DNA of 64,000 nt, taken from IMG/VR virus record IMGVR_UViG_3300012003_000003, positions 7,672 to 71,671 of that record; one strand, given 5' to 3'. Position numbers and translations under genes: made by a program. A model generated the notes under the pieces. The model ran no database searches. It was not told the DNA's origin and saw only the letters and a program-made list of their open reading frames with translations. Source of the stretch: a virus. Of the stretch, positions 38,054 to 48,476 are shown piece after piece (positions within the stretch are counted from its first letter, which is position 1; every line of letters starts with the position of its first letter).

Positions 38054-38629
38054 TTAGTGATAATAAATTGCGTAAACAGAACTTCCCGTTTCGGGGGCCG
38101 TATTCATAGTAATCGTATTCCCCGAAACCGTAAAGTCATTACCATATTGTAAAAGTTGTGATGGGTCGGCAGTAGGCACATACGCCAATGTTATGGCCCC
38201 AACTATCGGCGTATTAGCCAATGTAAATGTTTTATTTACCCCGTCTATCGTTCCTGTTACCGCTTCTCCGCTAACCAATGTCCCCGGCGTTCCCGCCGAA
38301 GCACTTGCCTGCTTTTGTTGCAGGGATAGTATGGATTGATTTTGTGGTATATCCAAAAGCAGATTCAGCGTATCCGATCCCGCAGCACCCGCAGGAAGCC
38401 GCGTAAACAGGTAAATAAATATCGGCAACCCGTTTGATCTAAACCAGGCAAATTGATTTTGGCTTGACAGCGGGGTTATGTAACCATTCGCCGTAATATC
38501 ATAACATTTCCTGATTGAACTAAAGTCAATTGGAAAATTGTTTATGCCAGCGATCGTAATAGTTTTGCTTGTGGTGTTGAATGATACACTATAAATGTCG
38601 TTCGATGTCGAGTTTAATAAAATTTCCAA
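38054..38629 (-). CDS. Tail-associated protein (Ig-like C-terminus)
   Basis: GTIDGVNKTFTLANTP...DFTVSGNTITMNTAP; TTG start. Confidence 0.65.
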   Translation of the reverse strand: MEILLNSTSNDIYSVSFNTTSKTITIAGINNFPIDFSSIRKCYDITANGYITPLSSQNQFAWFRSNGLPIFIYLFTRLPAGAAGSDTLNLLLDIPQNQSILSLQQKQASASAGTPGTLVSGEAVTGTIDGVNKTFTLANTPIVGAITLAYVPTADPSQLLQYGNDFTVSGNTITMNTAPETGSSVYAIYYH

Positions 38630-38782
38630 AATAACCTCCTTTAAATTTTAGATAAAGATAATTATTTTTCGTATATTCGCATATAAAAATACAACATTGC
38701 GGGTTGTAGTAAGAAATTTAATTATCCCATTTGGGGGAGAGTGCCGCAATCGCTTGAACCCTGATGGGATTTTTTGTTTTAT

Positions 38783-39466
38783 ATGACACTAAAAGAACGA
38801 TTTGAAAGCAAGTTTAAAATAAACGAAGAAACTGGTTGTTGGGAGTGGACAGGATCTGTTAGTAAATTTGGATATGGTAGAATATCGGTTAATAACAAAC
38901 CCCTTTTAGCACATAGGATTTCCTATTCGCTATATAAAGCTGACTTAATGGACACCCGTTTAGTTTGCCACACTTGTGATAACCCGCCGTGCGTAAATCC
39001 AAATCATTTGTTTTTGGGAACCCACAAAGACAACGCATTAGATGCAAGTAAAAAAGGGCGAATGGATAAAAACACTCACGAAATGGGGTGGTATAGTCGC
39101 GGGTGTAGGTGTGATGGTTGTAAGAAAATACAATCTGAAAAAGCAAGAATAAGTGCATTAAAGCATCCCGAAACAAAGAAGCGACACTCTAAAAAAATGG
39201 CTGAAAATCCCGAAATTAGACGTGTTTACTATCTTAAAAATCAAGAAAAGATGAAAGCAAAACAACGGCTTTATAATAAAACACACAGCGAGGAAATTTG
39301 TAGGAAGAAAAGAGAAAGATACGACCCTATATTAGAAAGAGGGAAAAGGCAAAAAGATTGGGATAAAAAAAAGGCGGCTATTTATAAATGGGTTGAGAAG
39401 AATAGGGATGAAATTAATAGGAAACGCAGAGAAACCAATAAAAATAAAAAGGTCGGCTTAAATTAA
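38783..39466 (+). CDS. HNH homing endonuclease (antisense to the virion module)
   Basis: [41 protein letters not shown]. Confidence 0.92.
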   Translation: MTLKERFESKFKINEETGCWEWTGSVSKFGYGRISVNNKPLLAHRISYSLYKADLMDTRLVCHTCDNPPCVNPNHLFLGTHKDNALDASKKGRMDKNTHEMGWYSRGCRCDGCKKIQSEKARISALKHPETKKRHSKKMAENPEIRRVYYLKNQEKMKAKQRLYNKTHSEEICRKKRERYDPILERGKRQKDWDKKKAAIYKWVEKNRDEINRKRRETNKNKKVGLN

Positions 39467-39471
39467 TTTTT

Positions 39472-40737
39472 CTAAAAAATAGCACCGAGTTTTTTGCCTT
39501 TTTCAATCTCTTTTTCCATATCAGAGATTACCGCACAGGAAACTGTAACCCGGTGCCCTTTAATTTGGGAAGCGTATTTGTTTATTTTTTCGGCACAATC
39601 CTCTAATGACTTTCCTATCGATACAACACATCCAATACAATCATCCTTATCAATAAGGTTGGGGATTATATAATATACCCCATCAACTACGGTGTAGTTT
39701 CTTAGTTTAACGTTTTTTGCTATCTCTTTTGGGAATAGAATACATTGACCGTTTTCCCTTGACCAATCGGAGGTTATGGTTAAAGTCATACCGTATTCGG
39801 CGGCATATATTGGCTCTATAAATTCATTATTGCCACCGTGCCAAATTATTTCTGAAAAATTAGAAATCAATTCGTAATAAACCTCACTAACCGGGCTTGG
39901 GAATCTCATGCAAAAATCTGTAAGGTAGCAACCTGTTTTATCGCACCTCATTTCAGTTGACATAAAATTGGCATACCCATTTAATTTTAAGGTAGGCGAT
40001 ATTTTATCCATTAGTTCGATTACTGGCTTGAATATTTTGCCGACAGGTTTTACGTGCCCTATCCAGCCGCAATCTTTTATTTCAATGCCGTAGACTACGT
40101 TTGACGGATATTTTCCAGCCACAGAATACCCATCGAAGCCAACTTCAATTCCAGTTATAGGTGTAAAAACAGAAAACTCCATTTCATCCTTTACAAAACT
40201 AAGTTCGGCTTCGAGTTTATCAAGAACGGGAACTATTAAATCATAATTGAGGCTATGGAACGTTTCAAAAGACCCTCTAAAAACGTTCGTCTTTACATAA
40301 ACATCCTCGTGCGCTTTCAGGTATTTACGCAAATTAGTCAAGCCCCTTACCTCAGTGTACTTCGGCACTTCAAGCCCCAATTCTTTCAGGTACTCCAACG
40401 TTTCAGTACGTTCAAGTTCCAACTGATCCGCCTTACCCGAAGCCCACACCCGCTTACCAATTGATTTGAGGTAATCCGACCAGTCAGCAAATCCGCAATC
40501 GGGAAATACAAATAAGTCAATTTCATCAATGTAGTCCCAAAAGTTGTTGATCTTGGTTACCCCCTCTGTTTCAAGCAATCCCTCGCCAATTGCGTTATCG
40601 GTAAATTTAGGAAATGTGGTACGGTAAAATGGGTTATGATAATAAACGGTTTTAAAATCACGGGCAAGCCTTTCGCATATAGCCATGTACATACCTGGAC
40701 TTACTACACACACCACTTTCGTTGCTAAATACTCCAT
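39472..40737 (-). CDS. PurD/GARS-like ATP-grasp enzyme
   Basis: ADQLELER..LKELGLEVPKY, VYVKT, GIEVG, LTDFCMRFPSP. Confidence 0.75.
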   Translation of the reverse strand: MEYLATKVVCVVSPGMYMAICERLARDFKTVYYHNPFYRTTFPKFTDNAIGEGLLETEGVTKINNFWDYIDEIDLFVFPDCGFADWSDYLKSIGKRVWASGKADQLELERTETLEYLKELGLEVPKYTEVRGLTNLRKYLKAHEDVYVKTNVFRGSFETFHSLNYDLIVPVLDKLEAELSFVKDEMEFSVFTPITGIEVGFDGYSVAGKYPSNVVYGIEIKDCGWIGHVKPVGKIFKPVIELMDKISPTLKLNGYANFMSTEMRCDKTGCYLTDFCMRFPSPVSEVYYELISNFSEIIWHGGNNEFIEPIYAAEYGMTLTITSDWSRENGQCILFPKEIAKNVKLRNYTVVDGVYYIIPNLIDKDDCIGCVVSIGKSLEDCAEKINKYASQIKGHRVTVSCAVISDMEKEIEKGKKLGAIF

Positions 40738-40741
40738 TATC

Positions 40742-40858
40742 TTATTTATAAAATTCAGTTTGAGGCTCATCATCAAACGCCTCGTCATCATCTTCTAAAG
40801 GTTCCGTGTCAACCAATATCTCCCCATCCCTTTCGGCATCATAATCTTCGGGATCCAT
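40742..40858 (-). CDS. 38-aa highly acidic peptide
   Basis: MDPEDYDAERDGEILVDTEPLEDDDEAFDDEPQTEFYK; fills the gap between flanking genes almost exactly. Confidence 0.6.
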   Translation of the reverse strand: MDPEDYDAERDGEILVDTEPLEDDDEAFDDEPQTEFYK

Positions 40859-40859
40859 A

Positions 40860-43800
40860 TCAATGCTTTTTAGGTACGTTTTTCCTTAATCCAGGTACTC
40901 CGCTTTCCAACATCTGACCTACATACTTCATAAACCCATGGCGTTTTAGTTTCGGGGCACGTTTCTGTTGGGTATGATCAGAAAATGCCAATCCCGGAAT
41001 TGTGGTTTTAGCCCCCTCCTTAACATCTGTTATCTCTGCCAACTGTTGTAAAGCAGCGGGTTCAATTTCACCCTTTACTGTTTCTGCACCAAATTTCGTT
41101 AACTTTTTCATTACCCCGCTACCACCTGTTGTTAAATCAACTAACCTTTTTATTTCATTGGCCTGTGGCACTTCATACCCCAACCCCGATATTGTTCCCC
41201 ACGCAGCAGCCGGTATCCTGCCGTCTACATGTCGGTATTTATCCAATAACTGCCTGAAATTGGCCCCTACCTGTGCCGCAATAAATACAGGGTGCTCAAC
41301 AAGGAACGCCGGTATATTAACCCCATCTACTTTGATACGACCCGGAGCTACCTTCTCCTTTTTACCCGGTTGATAAAACCCGCCAAACATTTTAGGGTTA
41401 AAGAAACCAAGTGCCAACGCCGCGCCGCCTATGCTGCCCTTTTTCAAGTGTTCAAGTATTATATCTGCTTCTTCTGGTGACAGGTTATCCATTCCCTTAC
41501 TCATAGCGCGTCCCAACCTGGCTAAACCTGATACACTACCAAACGAATATTTAGCGCCCTCCAACACGATATTTGACGGCACCTTAACGAAGGGAAGTAA
41601 AATACGGAAAGCAGCCCCCGCCGTCCTGCTTATGGATGACTGGCTTTTTTCAAGCGAGCCAACATTATTTTCGTAAATCTTAGATAGGGTATTATCACCC
41701 ATAAAAATAGCCTTTTCAGCATCCTTATAGGCGTTTAACCTGTTTTGAGCATCATTAACGGGGTCAAGAGGATCAAGTCCGGCATCAATCATTTTAGCGG
41801 TTCTTTTTGCATAGGATAGTTCCCATGCAAAGCGTTTAACAGGCGCTTTAATGGCTGAGTGTATGTGACCAAAAAATTCTTTTGCTTCTGAAGGTAGCGT
41901 AGCACCCCTTTCTTTGTACAGGTTAGTTAGGTTGCTTCCCGCACCGGTAAGTTCCTGGTAAGCATCTTTCATGCCGATGGTAAACGCGCGGGAATATGCT
42001 TCGGATATTGATTTTACCGCCGCGCCGTCAGTTAGCCTATTTGCTTCACGCATAGCACTACGGCTTACACTACCCTCAATAGATGATTTAGCCGAAACTT
42101 TGGGTAGTATAGCCGAATATCCTTTCCCTAATCCCTCCTGTATGGGCTTAATACCCATTGTAGCCAACCCCGTTGAAGCAAGTTTACCTAATACAGTTAC
42201 AGAGGCCAACTTAGCCTGTCTGCCGTATTTAACGGCTATATCAACAGCTTTCCTATTCCATGACTTTTTAGAGTTTTCAATATCGGCAATCTTTTTATTC
42301 ACCTTTTGCTGTTCCCTGTTTATCTCTGCCCTTATATTCAGGTAATCATTATCAACCAATATTTTAGCGTACGTCTTTTGCTCAAACGTTCCCGATTTAA
42401 GTTTTTCAAGTTTTGTAGCCTGTAACTTCTTTGCCCTGCCTAATCGTAACTCATTTTGTTCGGTAAGGTACTTATCAAAGTTTTCCTTAACTATACTTGC
42501 AATATCTTCTTTATCTAATCCGTCAATGTGGTCTTTCAGGTCGTTGTAAAGTTTATCAACTACGGAAGCCAATGACGTAGCGCCATCCAATACATAGTTC
42601 CTGGCCAGTTTAGTTAACGGCACGATCATGTCAACGGGTATCTTGTTAGCACCCGCATTGCTACGTGCTTTTTTAGCCAATAGATGCAAGTCAGCCAATA
42701 GCCCCTCACGTTCTTTACGCAGGGACGCTTTAGTTACTTCCCGTTTCGCCTGCCGTTCCTCGTGATTAGCGGTACGGTTCACCTTGTCCACCAAACTATT
42801 TTCAGACTGTTTTTTTAGCTTTTCAACAAGGTCGTCCCTTTGATTTTCGAGTTCTTCAATACGCTTTGTTCGCTTTTCAAGTTCTGCCTTATCACTCGGG
42901 TCAAGTTCTTCCCCGCCGTTAGCTACTTTAGCCCTACCAATAATCGTTTCGGTAGAGTAGTCCTCGTTCATTAGTTGCGTACGATAACCCAAACCTGAAC
43001 CGAGCTCACTACCGCCAATATCCGTAGCCTTTTGATTTAAAGCTATCTCGTCGGTTATCTTAGCGATTTTAATTTCGTTATCCGAAGCATTTTCGGGATC
43101 GGTATCTTTTAATATTTTTCTACGCTGGTTTTTTAATTGGGTTTTACGGTATTCTAAGGCCGCCTGTTCCACATCAGTAGCGGGGCGCTCTTTATCAATA
43201 ATATCATTAGCGGTACGGTTGGCGTAATCAGGATCATCGTCAACCAATTCTTTCCCTTTAGCATCAATGGTTTCCCTACGCCTGTCTTTTTTAGCCACAT
43301 CGGATTTGGTACCGGCTTCTTCACGTTCCTTTTCGGTATCAGCATGGCGTATGCCCGTTTTTTCGGGTTTATCCTCATCGGTTATCCCGGCATCTTTAAG
43401 GTCTTTAGTGATGGCACTACGTATCTTATCCCTATCCTTTTCTTCCGAGTTGGCAAGTATATGCTTAACTGCGGCATCAATGGCATCGATCAGTTTACCA
43501 CCGTTTTCAATCACGGTAGCCGCCGTTTCAAGGGCACCATCATAAATTGCCACCCCTACGCCCTGTAAGCCACCGTGTAGCGAGTTTTTATCAGATTTGA
43601 GGCTACGTATCTTATCGGCTAAAGTCTTTGCCTGTTCGCTTATTTTGACAGGCGGTTTCTTAAACGTTGTTTTGCCTGTGCTGCTTTTTGGTCTTTCAGC
43701 TTTTTCGCCTGGTCTATTTTCTCCATCATTTCCAGTGCCGTCATTTTTGGGTTGTTGTGCGCCTTTCTCATCATTTTGGTCAGCAACTTTCGGTACGCCG

Positions 43801-45737
43801 ACTGTTTCATCTGCCGGTTGTTCAGCAGGTATCTCCGTATTTGGTTTGGTTTGTTCATGTATAGGTTTTTTAGCTTCTCGTTCTGTAGTTTCCAAATCAT
43901 ATCGACTTGGCGTAATTTCTTCCATCTTGCCACCAATGGTTTTAAAAAACTTCCCCTCTTCGTTATTTATAGCCAACCCTTTTGAATAGGTTGGTTTTTG
44001 GTCTTTAACCAAACCCATAAGTTTATCATTTGCCTGTTCTATCTTATCAGTCAAATATTGTTCCTTAGCTGATGGCATCTCGGCATAGACAGGATCAAGG
44101 TTTTTACGTTCACCTGCCGACTTATCTAATTCAGTCTGCAATTCGTTCCTATCCAAAATAAGCCCTACTGCTTTGGTTTTATTCTTAACAGTTGCAGGTA
44201 ATGATTTTACTGCTTGGGATATTTTATCAATATGGTCGTGCGTAGCTTTTATCTCGTCGCTGTTCCATCCATTTTCATGGCCGTGCTGTTCTATGTTATA
44301 CTTAATATTATCAATATTAGCTTGCGATGGGTTATTAATAACAGCCTTGGTTATCTCGTTCTCATAACCTGAATTTGGAAGCAATTTAGAGGCAGCATCC
44401 AAAGCGCCAATGCTACCGAATAATGGGACCTGTTTAGTAAGACTATTACTTTCGTTTTCTGCAAGGTTGCCCAGGTTCTCGTTAAATACTGGTTTGTCGC
44501 CTTGTGAAGTTTGCAAGGCATCTACCGCCTTATGAACAGCATAATTACCAACATTTAATTTAGTAAACGTTTTTGCAGCATCGGTATAGTGTTTTAGTAT
44601 CTCGCTTGGTGAACGATCTAATTTTTCAACAAACGACTGTGTTTTACCTGTTAATAGGTTTTTATAGCCATCTTCGGATAACCCTTTTTCTGCTGCCTCT
44701 TTTAAAGCATCAGTAGCTATTCCCTGAACAACTTTATCTTTTACAGCACTTGATACACCCTTACCAAAAATCTTGCCTCCAAAATCAGCTAATGCCATAT
44801 TAACGACACCACCGCCCTGTATTAGTGCTTCTTTTGCCAATGGGTTCAGATCGGGCATCTTATCGGCCATTTCTTTAGCCTGTCCTAATCCCTGTAAGTA
44901 TAATAGCGTTTTTGGTAATCCTGCCGCTTCACCAGCCGCAATAGATGGAGCAAAGTTAGCCATTTGACCTACGGCGGCCACTCCGGCTCCAACGCCTACT
45001 CTATGTCCGTTAACGGTGGGTACGGACATATTTTCTATTGTCGCCTTATCGTTATCTGTTAATCCATAATCGGCAAATTTATCTGCTTCCTTAAATGCTT
45101 CATCAGTAGGCTCAATACCCATCATAGAACCTGCTGGGTTATTAGCCATATTGGCTACATGGGCAAGTCCCTTGGCGATTTGTATGGTTCCGTGGGTAGC
45201 CTCACTGCCTATATACTTTGCAGCCCCGATAAGTTTACCAGCAGGCGTTTGCATATAGTTATAGTGATCTATATTTTCTTTAGAAGGCACACCCAACTGA
45301 TCGGGGTGTGAATTACTACCCATTTCTAAAGCCTTGTCAAATCCTTTTTGCGCCTCTTTTGGCAACTCAGAACGTAACTGTTTAAAATGGTCGGTAACGG
45401 CTTGTTGTTTTGCCAGTTGATCTTTTTTATACGCCTCCCGGTGTTCGGGTAGTATGGGCGTTAAATCACCGCTTTGGGGGATATTTAGGAAAGGATCTGA
45501 GCTGGGCGATTGTGGCTCTGATCCACCGCCCAATTTGGTAAATGAACTCTCCAAATCTGCCATAGCCCGCTTTTGATGTATATCTTCGGCAGTAGGCCGA
45601 TAATCGTTCGTAGGAAATGGTGAAGGTGTAGTACCATCTTTTTTTTTTACGGGCATATCAGGAAGCTCATTAGATGGTGCTTTTTTTGCCTTTGGCATAT
45701 CGGGTAGTTGGTCAGTAAGGGTTTCTTGTCCGTCCAT
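40860..45737 (-). CDS. Large internal virion (ejection) protein
   Basis: 1625 aa, helical, ILLPFVKVPSNI motif; last of three ejection-like genes. Confidence 0.7.
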   Translation of the reverse strand: MDGQETLTDQLPDMPKAKKAPSNELPDMPVKKKDGTTPSPFPTNDYRPTAEDIHQKRAMADLESSFTKLGGGSEPQSPSSDPFLNIPQSGDLTPILPEHREAYKKDQLAKQQAVTDHFKQLRSELPKEAQKGFDKALEMGSNSHPDQLGVPSKENIDHYNYMQTPAGKLIGAAKYIGSEATHGTIQIAKGLAHVANMANNPAGSMMGIEPTDEAFKEADKFADYGLTDNDKATIENMSVPTVNGHRVGVGAGVAAVGQMANFAPSIAAGEAAGLPKTLLYLQGLGQAKEMADKMPDLNPLAKEALIQGGGVVNMALADFGGKIFGKGVSSAVKDKVVQGIATDALKEAAEKGLSEDGYKNLLTGKTQSFVEKLDRSPSEILKHYTDAAKTFTKLNVGNYAVHKAVDALQTSQGDKPVFNENLGNLAENESNSLTKQVPLFGSIGALDAASKLLPNSGYENEITKAVINNPSQANIDNIKYNIEQHGHENGWNSDEIKATHDHIDKISQAVKSLPATVKNKTKAVGLILDRNELQTELDKSAGERKNLDPVYAEMPSAKEQYLTDKIEQANDKLMGLVKDQKPTYSKGLAINNEEGKFFKTIGGKMEEITPSRYDLETTEREAKKPIHEQTKPNTEIPAEQPADETVGVPKVADQNDEKGAQQPKNDGTGNDGENRPGEKAERPKSSTGKTTFKKPPVKISEQAKTLADKIRSLKSDKNSLHGGLQGVGVAIYDGALETAATVIENGGKLIDAIDAAVKHILANSEEKDRDKIRSAITKDLKDAGITDEDKPEKTGIRHADTEKEREEAGTKSDVAKKDRRRETIDAKGKELVDDDPDYANRTANDIIDKERPATDVEQAALEYRKTQLKNQRRKILKDTDPENASDNEIKIAKITDEIALNQKATDIGGSELGSGLGYRTQLMNEDYSTETIIGRAKVANGGEELDPSDKAELEKRTKRIEELENQRDDLVEKLKKQSENSLVDKVNRTANHEERQAKREVTKASLRKEREGLLADLHLLAKKARSNAGANKIPVDMIVPLTKLARNYVLDGATSLASVVDKLYNDLKDHIDGLDKEDIASIVKENFDKYLTEQNELRLGRAKKLQATKLEKLKSGTFEQKTYAKILVDNDYLNIRAEINREQQKVNKKIADIENSKKSWNRKAVDIAVKYGRQAKLASVTVLGKLASTGLATMGIKPIQEGLGKGYSAILPKVSAKSSIEGSVSRSAMREANRLTDGAAVKSISEAYSRAFTIGMKDAYQELTGAGSNLTNLYKERGATLPSEAKEFFGHIHSAIKAPVKRFAWELSYAKRTAKMIDAGLDPLDPVNDAQNRLNAYKDAEKAIFMGDNTLSKIYENNVGSLEKSQSSISRTAGAAFRILLPFVKVPSNIVLEGAKYSFGSVSGLARLGRAMSKGMDNLSPEEADIILEHLKKGSIGGAALALGFFNPKMFGGFYQPGKKEKVAPGRIKVDGVNIPAFLVEHPVFIAAQVGANFRQLLDKYRHVDGRIPAAAWGTISGLGYEVPQANEIKRLVDLTTGGSGVMKKLTKFGAETVKGEIEPAALQQLAEITDVKEGAKTTIPGLAFSDHTQQKRAPKLKRHGFMKYVGQMLESGVPGLRKNVPKKH

Positions 45738-45739
45738 AA

Positions 45740-47248
45740 CTATTGCTTATTTAACCAGTTTATATATTCCTGATCGCTCACACCCGCTTTAACGGCTTTT
45801 TCATGTATAGCACTTGACGGATGAGTACCCTTAAAATTGCCTGTTGTTACAGTATAGGATTTAGGCTGTTGCTTATCGGGTTGTTTAATTTGTGCCTGCG
45901 GTAACTGCCCGTGGCCACCCTTTACACCCTCAATCTGGTTAAGTTGACTAAGATTAACATTTTGTTCCTTTGCCATCTGAGCAAAATCAGCCAAATAAGT
46001 AGGTGAAGCAGGATTTAGGGGATAATCCTTTTTAGGCTTTATTTCTTCCTGTTTTAACTTATAATCCTTGTCTGTGGGGTCAAATGGTTCGCCAGGATTT
46101 TCCTTGGCCCATTTAGCCTTTTGTTCCTTATTAAATTCAACAGCCTTTTGATCTATTTGGGGCGGGAATTGAATTGTCTGAACGCCGTTTGAAGGGTCTA
46201 TGTTAACATGGGGTTTTGCACCACCATATTGGCCCTTTGGTAGTAAACTGAAGAACTTGTCGCCGCCCGCAGCGTCTCCACGTGCCATTGCTTGTGCAAG
46301 GAACTGAGCAGGTGTTGGCTGATTTGAAGCTTCTGTACCTGGCCGTGGATGTGCCAACTCATATTGATAGTGGGCATAGAATAATTTATCGGGTGCTTCC
46401 GGCTTGTATGATTCATGAAACACGGGTTTAGTCTGGTCATAAAAACCAACACTATCCCCCATATCAGCCATATACTGCTTAACCCGCAACCCTAACTCCT
46501 TTTGCGGGTTAGGGTCTTGTATGTTGGGGTAACGGTCAGCCAATGATTTTTGTACGTCTGGCTGTGATGTAGCCCAGTGCATGGTACTTTCAAGGGCACC
46601 ATTGTCACCATCCATGGGAATACCACGGCTTTGAACTACGTAAGCACCCTTTTTACCCGCAACGGTAGCAGGTGTTTGTGTCCCGTTATCATATTGCAGG
46701 TTCTTTGTCAATAAGTCTTTATGGGCCTGATATAGCTTATCCACCTTGTCGGGGTCAACCCTGCGTTGTTGCGTAGTGAAATCCTGTATGGTGTCTGGGC
46801 TATTTACCTCACTGTCCTTACTTTTACGGTACGCATCAAGGGCTTTATCATCCCAGTTATTAGGGTTTTGCTGATAGGCGGTAGCCCATGCATGCTCCTG
46901 TAGTCCCTGTTTCTTGCTCTTTTCAGCATAGGTGCCCAAATCATTTAACGACTGCCTCACCTGTGCGAGTGCCATAGCCTTTTTCATCGGGTCTTTCTCA
47001 TTCTCGCTGTCTATAGCTGTTTGCTTTATCGTGGCATATTGTTTCAGGTAAGACTGCCTGTCGGCGTCATTACGTAACCCGGACGGGTCATACCCCTTGG
47101 CCAGTGTATCAGCAAGGTACTTGTTATCGGCGTCCTGCTTGGTTTTACGCTGCGCCAGCATTTGCCCATACATCTGTATGGCAGGGGACGGATTAAACGC
47201 CTTGGCATCGCCAATTCCTTCGCCAATATCTAAATGACCAACTCCCAT
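45740..47248 (-). CDS. Internal virion (ejection) protein
   Basis: Q/K/D-rich ~500 aa; synteny. Confidence 0.6.
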   Translation of the reverse strand: MGVGHLDIGEGIGDAKAFNPSPAIQMYGQMLAQRKTKQDADNKYLADTLAKGYDPSGLRNDADRQSYLKQYATIKQTAIDSENEKDPMKKAMALAQVRQSLNDLGTYAEKSKKQGLQEHAWATAYQQNPNNWDDKALDAYRKSKDSEVNSPDTIQDFTTQQRRVDPDKVDKLYQAHKDLLTKNLQYDNGTQTPATVAGKKGAYVVQSRGIPMDGDNGALESTMHWATSQPDVQKSLADRYPNIQDPNPQKELGLRVKQYMADMGDSVGFYDQTKPVFHESYKPEAPDKLFYAHYQYELAHPRPGTEASNQPTPAQFLAQAMARGDAAGGDKFFSLLPKGQYGGAKPHVNIDPSNGVQTIQFPPQIDQKAVEFNKEQKAKWAKENPGEPFDPTDKDYKLKQEEIKPKKDYPLNPASPTYLADFAQMAKEQNVNLSQLNQIEGVKGGHGQLPQAQIKQPDKQQPKSYTVTTGNFKGTHPSSAIHEKAVKAGVSDQEYINWLNKQ

Positions 47249-48075
47249 TATTGCCCCCAATTATAAGGTAAGCCCGGATAAGGTTGTTGACCCCGATATG
47301 GGTTTTGGCGTTGGTAAGGTACGCCCGATGGTAACCCCGTGCCTGAAAATTGTGGTGTCTGAAAATTAGCGCCCATTACACCGTTATTGTTTTGTTGTGA
47401 CTGTCCCGCCAAATAGCTATTAAAACCACTTGCTGTATTGTTCATCTGATTTTGGGTTGCCGAAATATCTGCCTGTGCTGCGCCATTTGTCGCTGCTACA
47501 TTACCAACGGGGGAAGTGTTTGGGTTGTTTGAAGCATAGTTTAACGCCGTCATACCTAATTGACCTGCACCAGAAATAGTGTTGTTCATACCCGTTTCTG
47601 CCGCACCCTTATAAGCCTGCATCTGGTTAAAATCACGGGTATATTTATCAAAAACATCTGACTGCTGTTTAGCCAGTTCCTGATTACCCAACTGCCCGTT
47701 TTGACCTATAAAATATCGTTCATTAGCCTGCCGTGCCTGCGCATCTTCGGCGGTTAGGCTATTCATGGCATTATCCGACTGCCGGGTAACAGCGGCTACG
47801 CCCGAGCCTGGGTTTGCTGATCTGCTTAATGTAGCCAGACCCGCAGCGTTATTTTGGTTGATACCATTTACGGCGTTATTATATTGCTGCTGTGGCAAGC
47901 CAAGCGTAGCCATTTGACGGGCTATCTCCCGGTTTTGGTAAAATTCGCCTGGTATATGATATACCGGGTCTTTCAGGTTTTTCTGAATGGCATTTGCCTT
48001 TGCACTGTTGCGCTCGGATTTATAGGCTCCGTAAGCCAAACCTGCACCGGCTATTACTAATCCTCCGAGGGGCAT
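47248..48075 (-). CDS. Internal virion protein (T7 gp14/P22 gp7-like)
   Basis: N-terminal GGLVIAGAGLAYG, Q/N/A/G-rich. Confidence 0.65.
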   Translation of the reverse strand: MPLGGLVIAGAGLAYGAYKSERNSAKANAIQKNLKDPVYHIPGEFYQNREIARQMATLGLPQQQYNNAVNGINQNNAAGLATLSRSANPGSGVAAVTRQSDNAMNSLTAEDAQARQANERYFIGQNGQLGNQELAKQQSDVFDKYTRDFNQMQAYKGAAETGMNNTISGAGQLGMTALNYASNNPNTSPVGNVAATNGAAQADISATQNQMNNTASGFNSYLAGQSQQNNNGVMGANFQTPQFSGTGLPSGVPYQRQNPYRGQQPYPGLPYNWGQ

Positions 48076-48086
48076 CGTCTTAGGTT

Positions 48087-48476
48087 TTAAATTGTTAACA
48101 CTATTAACTGTTCTTTTACTTGCATTCCCTGCCTGATAAGATGTTTAATAGCCCGGCTATTTTTACCATGCAAGACACATTCAAATGTAGGTAAAATATT
48201 TTTTATTGAAAGGAACCAATTTTTCAGTGTTTTTTTATCGCGGTGACCAACATTTATACCAAAGCTATAAAGCAACCCATCCGACAAAACAGTAAACCCA
48301 AAGTCTCCAACACGGTAACAAGTTAACGGCATTATTTCAGCTGTCTTGCATATCTCATTATACGTATGATTAGCATAATCGGTATCTGAAATATGGTAAA
48401 CGGGTAAATCAGTATCACCCTCAAAGGCAATCTGTATAAAGGGCAATAGTTCGGTGATTGATATTTCTTCTATCAT
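48087..48476 (-). CDS. GNAT-like protein (T7 gp13-like position)
   Basis: LYSFGIN...LHGKNSRAIKHLIRQGM. Confidence 0.55.
   Translation of the reverse strand: MIEEISITELLPFIQIAFEGDTDLPVYHISDTDYANHTYNEICKTAEIMPLTCYRVGDFGFTVLSDGLLYSFGINVGHRDKKTLKNWFLSIKNILPTFECVLHGKNSRAIKHLIRQGMQVKEQLIVLTI

Noticed and set aside
40738-40791. Upstream extension of the ATP-grasp ORF
   Set aside because: Overlaps the acidic peptide ORF; ATG 40737 is preferred
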